From positions 684-64,683 of the forward strand of contig CADCPN010000028.1 of the NCBI GenBank assembly GCA_902803375.1: DNA of 64,000 nt, in the 5' to 3' direction. The stretch is from an uncultured Erysipelotrichaceae bacterium. Lineage in GTDB: Bacteria > Bacillota_I > Bacilli_A > RFN20 > CAG-826. Positions 63,320-64,000 of this stretch are shown here, piece by piece. Each line of letters begins with the position of its first letter. Positions within the stretch are counted from its first letter, which is position 1. The notes below the pieces were generated by a model. That model ran no database searches. It was not told the origin of the DNA and was given only the letters and a program-made list of their open reading frames with translations. The translations under genes were made by a program, and so were the position numbers.

Positions 63320-64000
63320 ATGATAACGCGTAGCCTATTCTCTTCCAGCAAGGAATTCGAAATCGAATCCCTTAATGAGCTTCTCCCTCTCGCCAAAAGC
63401 CTAAGAGAGCAAGATCCGCTCACCCCTTATATCATTTCGGTTAAGAAATGCGAGGTTCGCGGCCACATTAAATTCCCCTATTCCAATTTCTATATCAAAG
63501 GCAATGGCTCTCGCCTTGTGGATAATCTTTATGCCAATAGCCTTGATGAAAAAGGCGAGGAGCTCTCCACTTGGAAGACGGCGACTTTGAAGGTCACCGG
63601 GGATAACAACATCTTCGAAGGCCTCACTGTGGAAAATGACGCGGGCGACCCCGCGAATAAAGGGCAGGAAGTCGCCCTCGCCGTCTATGGGGACAATAAC
63701 CTTTTCTATAGATGTGCTTTGATCTCCACCCAGGATACCCTCTTCTCCGGCCCTCTCCCCGATGACCTTTCCACCAGATACATCAACTTCATCCCCGAAG
63801 ATGAGAGATATCGCGAAGGCAATTGCCGTAACTATTACGTCTATTGCACCATCAAAGGCACTGTCGACTTCATCTTTGGCGCAGGCCAGGCCGATTTCTA
63901 TTATTGCGACCTAGTCACCCTGAATGACGGCAGAAAAACGACCTACGTTTGCGCCCCTTCCCATTCTTTGAAGGACGATTTCGGCTATTTCTTCTGCCAT
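63320..64000 (+). CDS. Pectinesterase (carbohydrate esterase family 8), 3' end cut by window; no signal peptide
   Basis: My manual translation from the ATG at 63320 stays open to base 64000. Motifs are GQEVALAV, STQDTLF and GTVDFIFG. No SD is seen, so the start is uncertain. Confidence 0.75.
   Translation, partial: MITRSLFSSSKEFEIESLNELLPLAKSLREQDPLTPYIISVKKCEVRGHIKFPYSNFYIKGNGSRLVDNLYANSLDEKGEELSTWKTATLKVTGDNNIFEGLTVENDAGDPANKGQEVALAVYGDNNLFYRCALISTQDTLFSGPLPDDLSTRYINFIPEDERYREGNCRNYYVYCTIKGTVDFIFGAGQADFYYCDLVTLNDGRKTTYVCAPSHSLKDDFGYFFCH

Noticed and set aside
1-64000. CRISPR arrays, tandem repeats, IS elements, tRNA and rRNA genes.
   Set aside because: Reading of all intergenic gaps longer than 60 nt showed no repeat-spacer periodicity, no cloverleaf-compatible sequences and no rRNA-like blocks.

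Overview
This 64 kb window is a chromosomal segment from a low-GC Gram-positive (Bacillota) lineage, possibly Erysipelotrichia- or Mollicutes-like. The evidence is a compact type-B RNase P RNA, an rpoE delta subunit, and several Bacillus-like synteny blocks: mnmG-rsmG-parA-parB, pgsA-cinA-recA-rny-ymdB-miaB-ymcA, dnaD-nth, and recU/gpsB/rnpB. Coding density is very high and most genes end in C-rich codons. That bias produces many long, spurious antisense shadow ORFs in the six-frame track.

Content falls into four parts:
- Positions 1-36.1 kb are housekeeping genes. They include a glycolipid GT4 with a flippase-like membrane protein, recX, yhaM, two large lipoproteins, sufCDSUB, mnmG/rsmG/parAB, an FMN riboswitch with ribU, cmk, der, hup, a mini CCA-like enzyme, dnaD, nth, recU, gpsB, rnpB, pgsA, cinA, recA, rny, ymdB, miaB, ymcA, miaA and fhs.
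- Positions 36.2-41.0 kb are a compositionally deviant lower-GC island. It encodes two fused ATPase-permease (MacB/FtsX-type) ABC proteins.
- Positions 41.1-47.8 kb carry csp, ychF, ispF, argS, rpoE, a DHH phosphoesterase, an IMPase-family phosphatase and two small membrane-protein genes.
- Positions 48.0-64.0 kb, mostly on the minus strand, are a pectin/oligogalacturonide utilisation locus. It holds kduI, a GntR regulator, kdgK, eda, a mini PucR-like HTH protein, a cytoplasmic GH28, an LplABC-type ABC importer with its own MsmX-like ATPase, a TIM-barrel isomerase and a CE8 pectinesterase. Five unrecognised polytopic membrane proteins are interleaved in that operon.

I saw no rRNA, tRNA, CRISPR array, IS element, transposase or phage gene.

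The best candidates for something new are the low-GC ABC island, the uncharacterised membrane-protein set inside the pectin ABC operon, and the parA promoter. That promoter is bracketed by permuted parS half-sites, apparently gives a leaderless parA mRNA, and sits next to a ParB with divergent CTP-motif residues.

All functional calls rest on motif and family recognition by eye. No database search was run.
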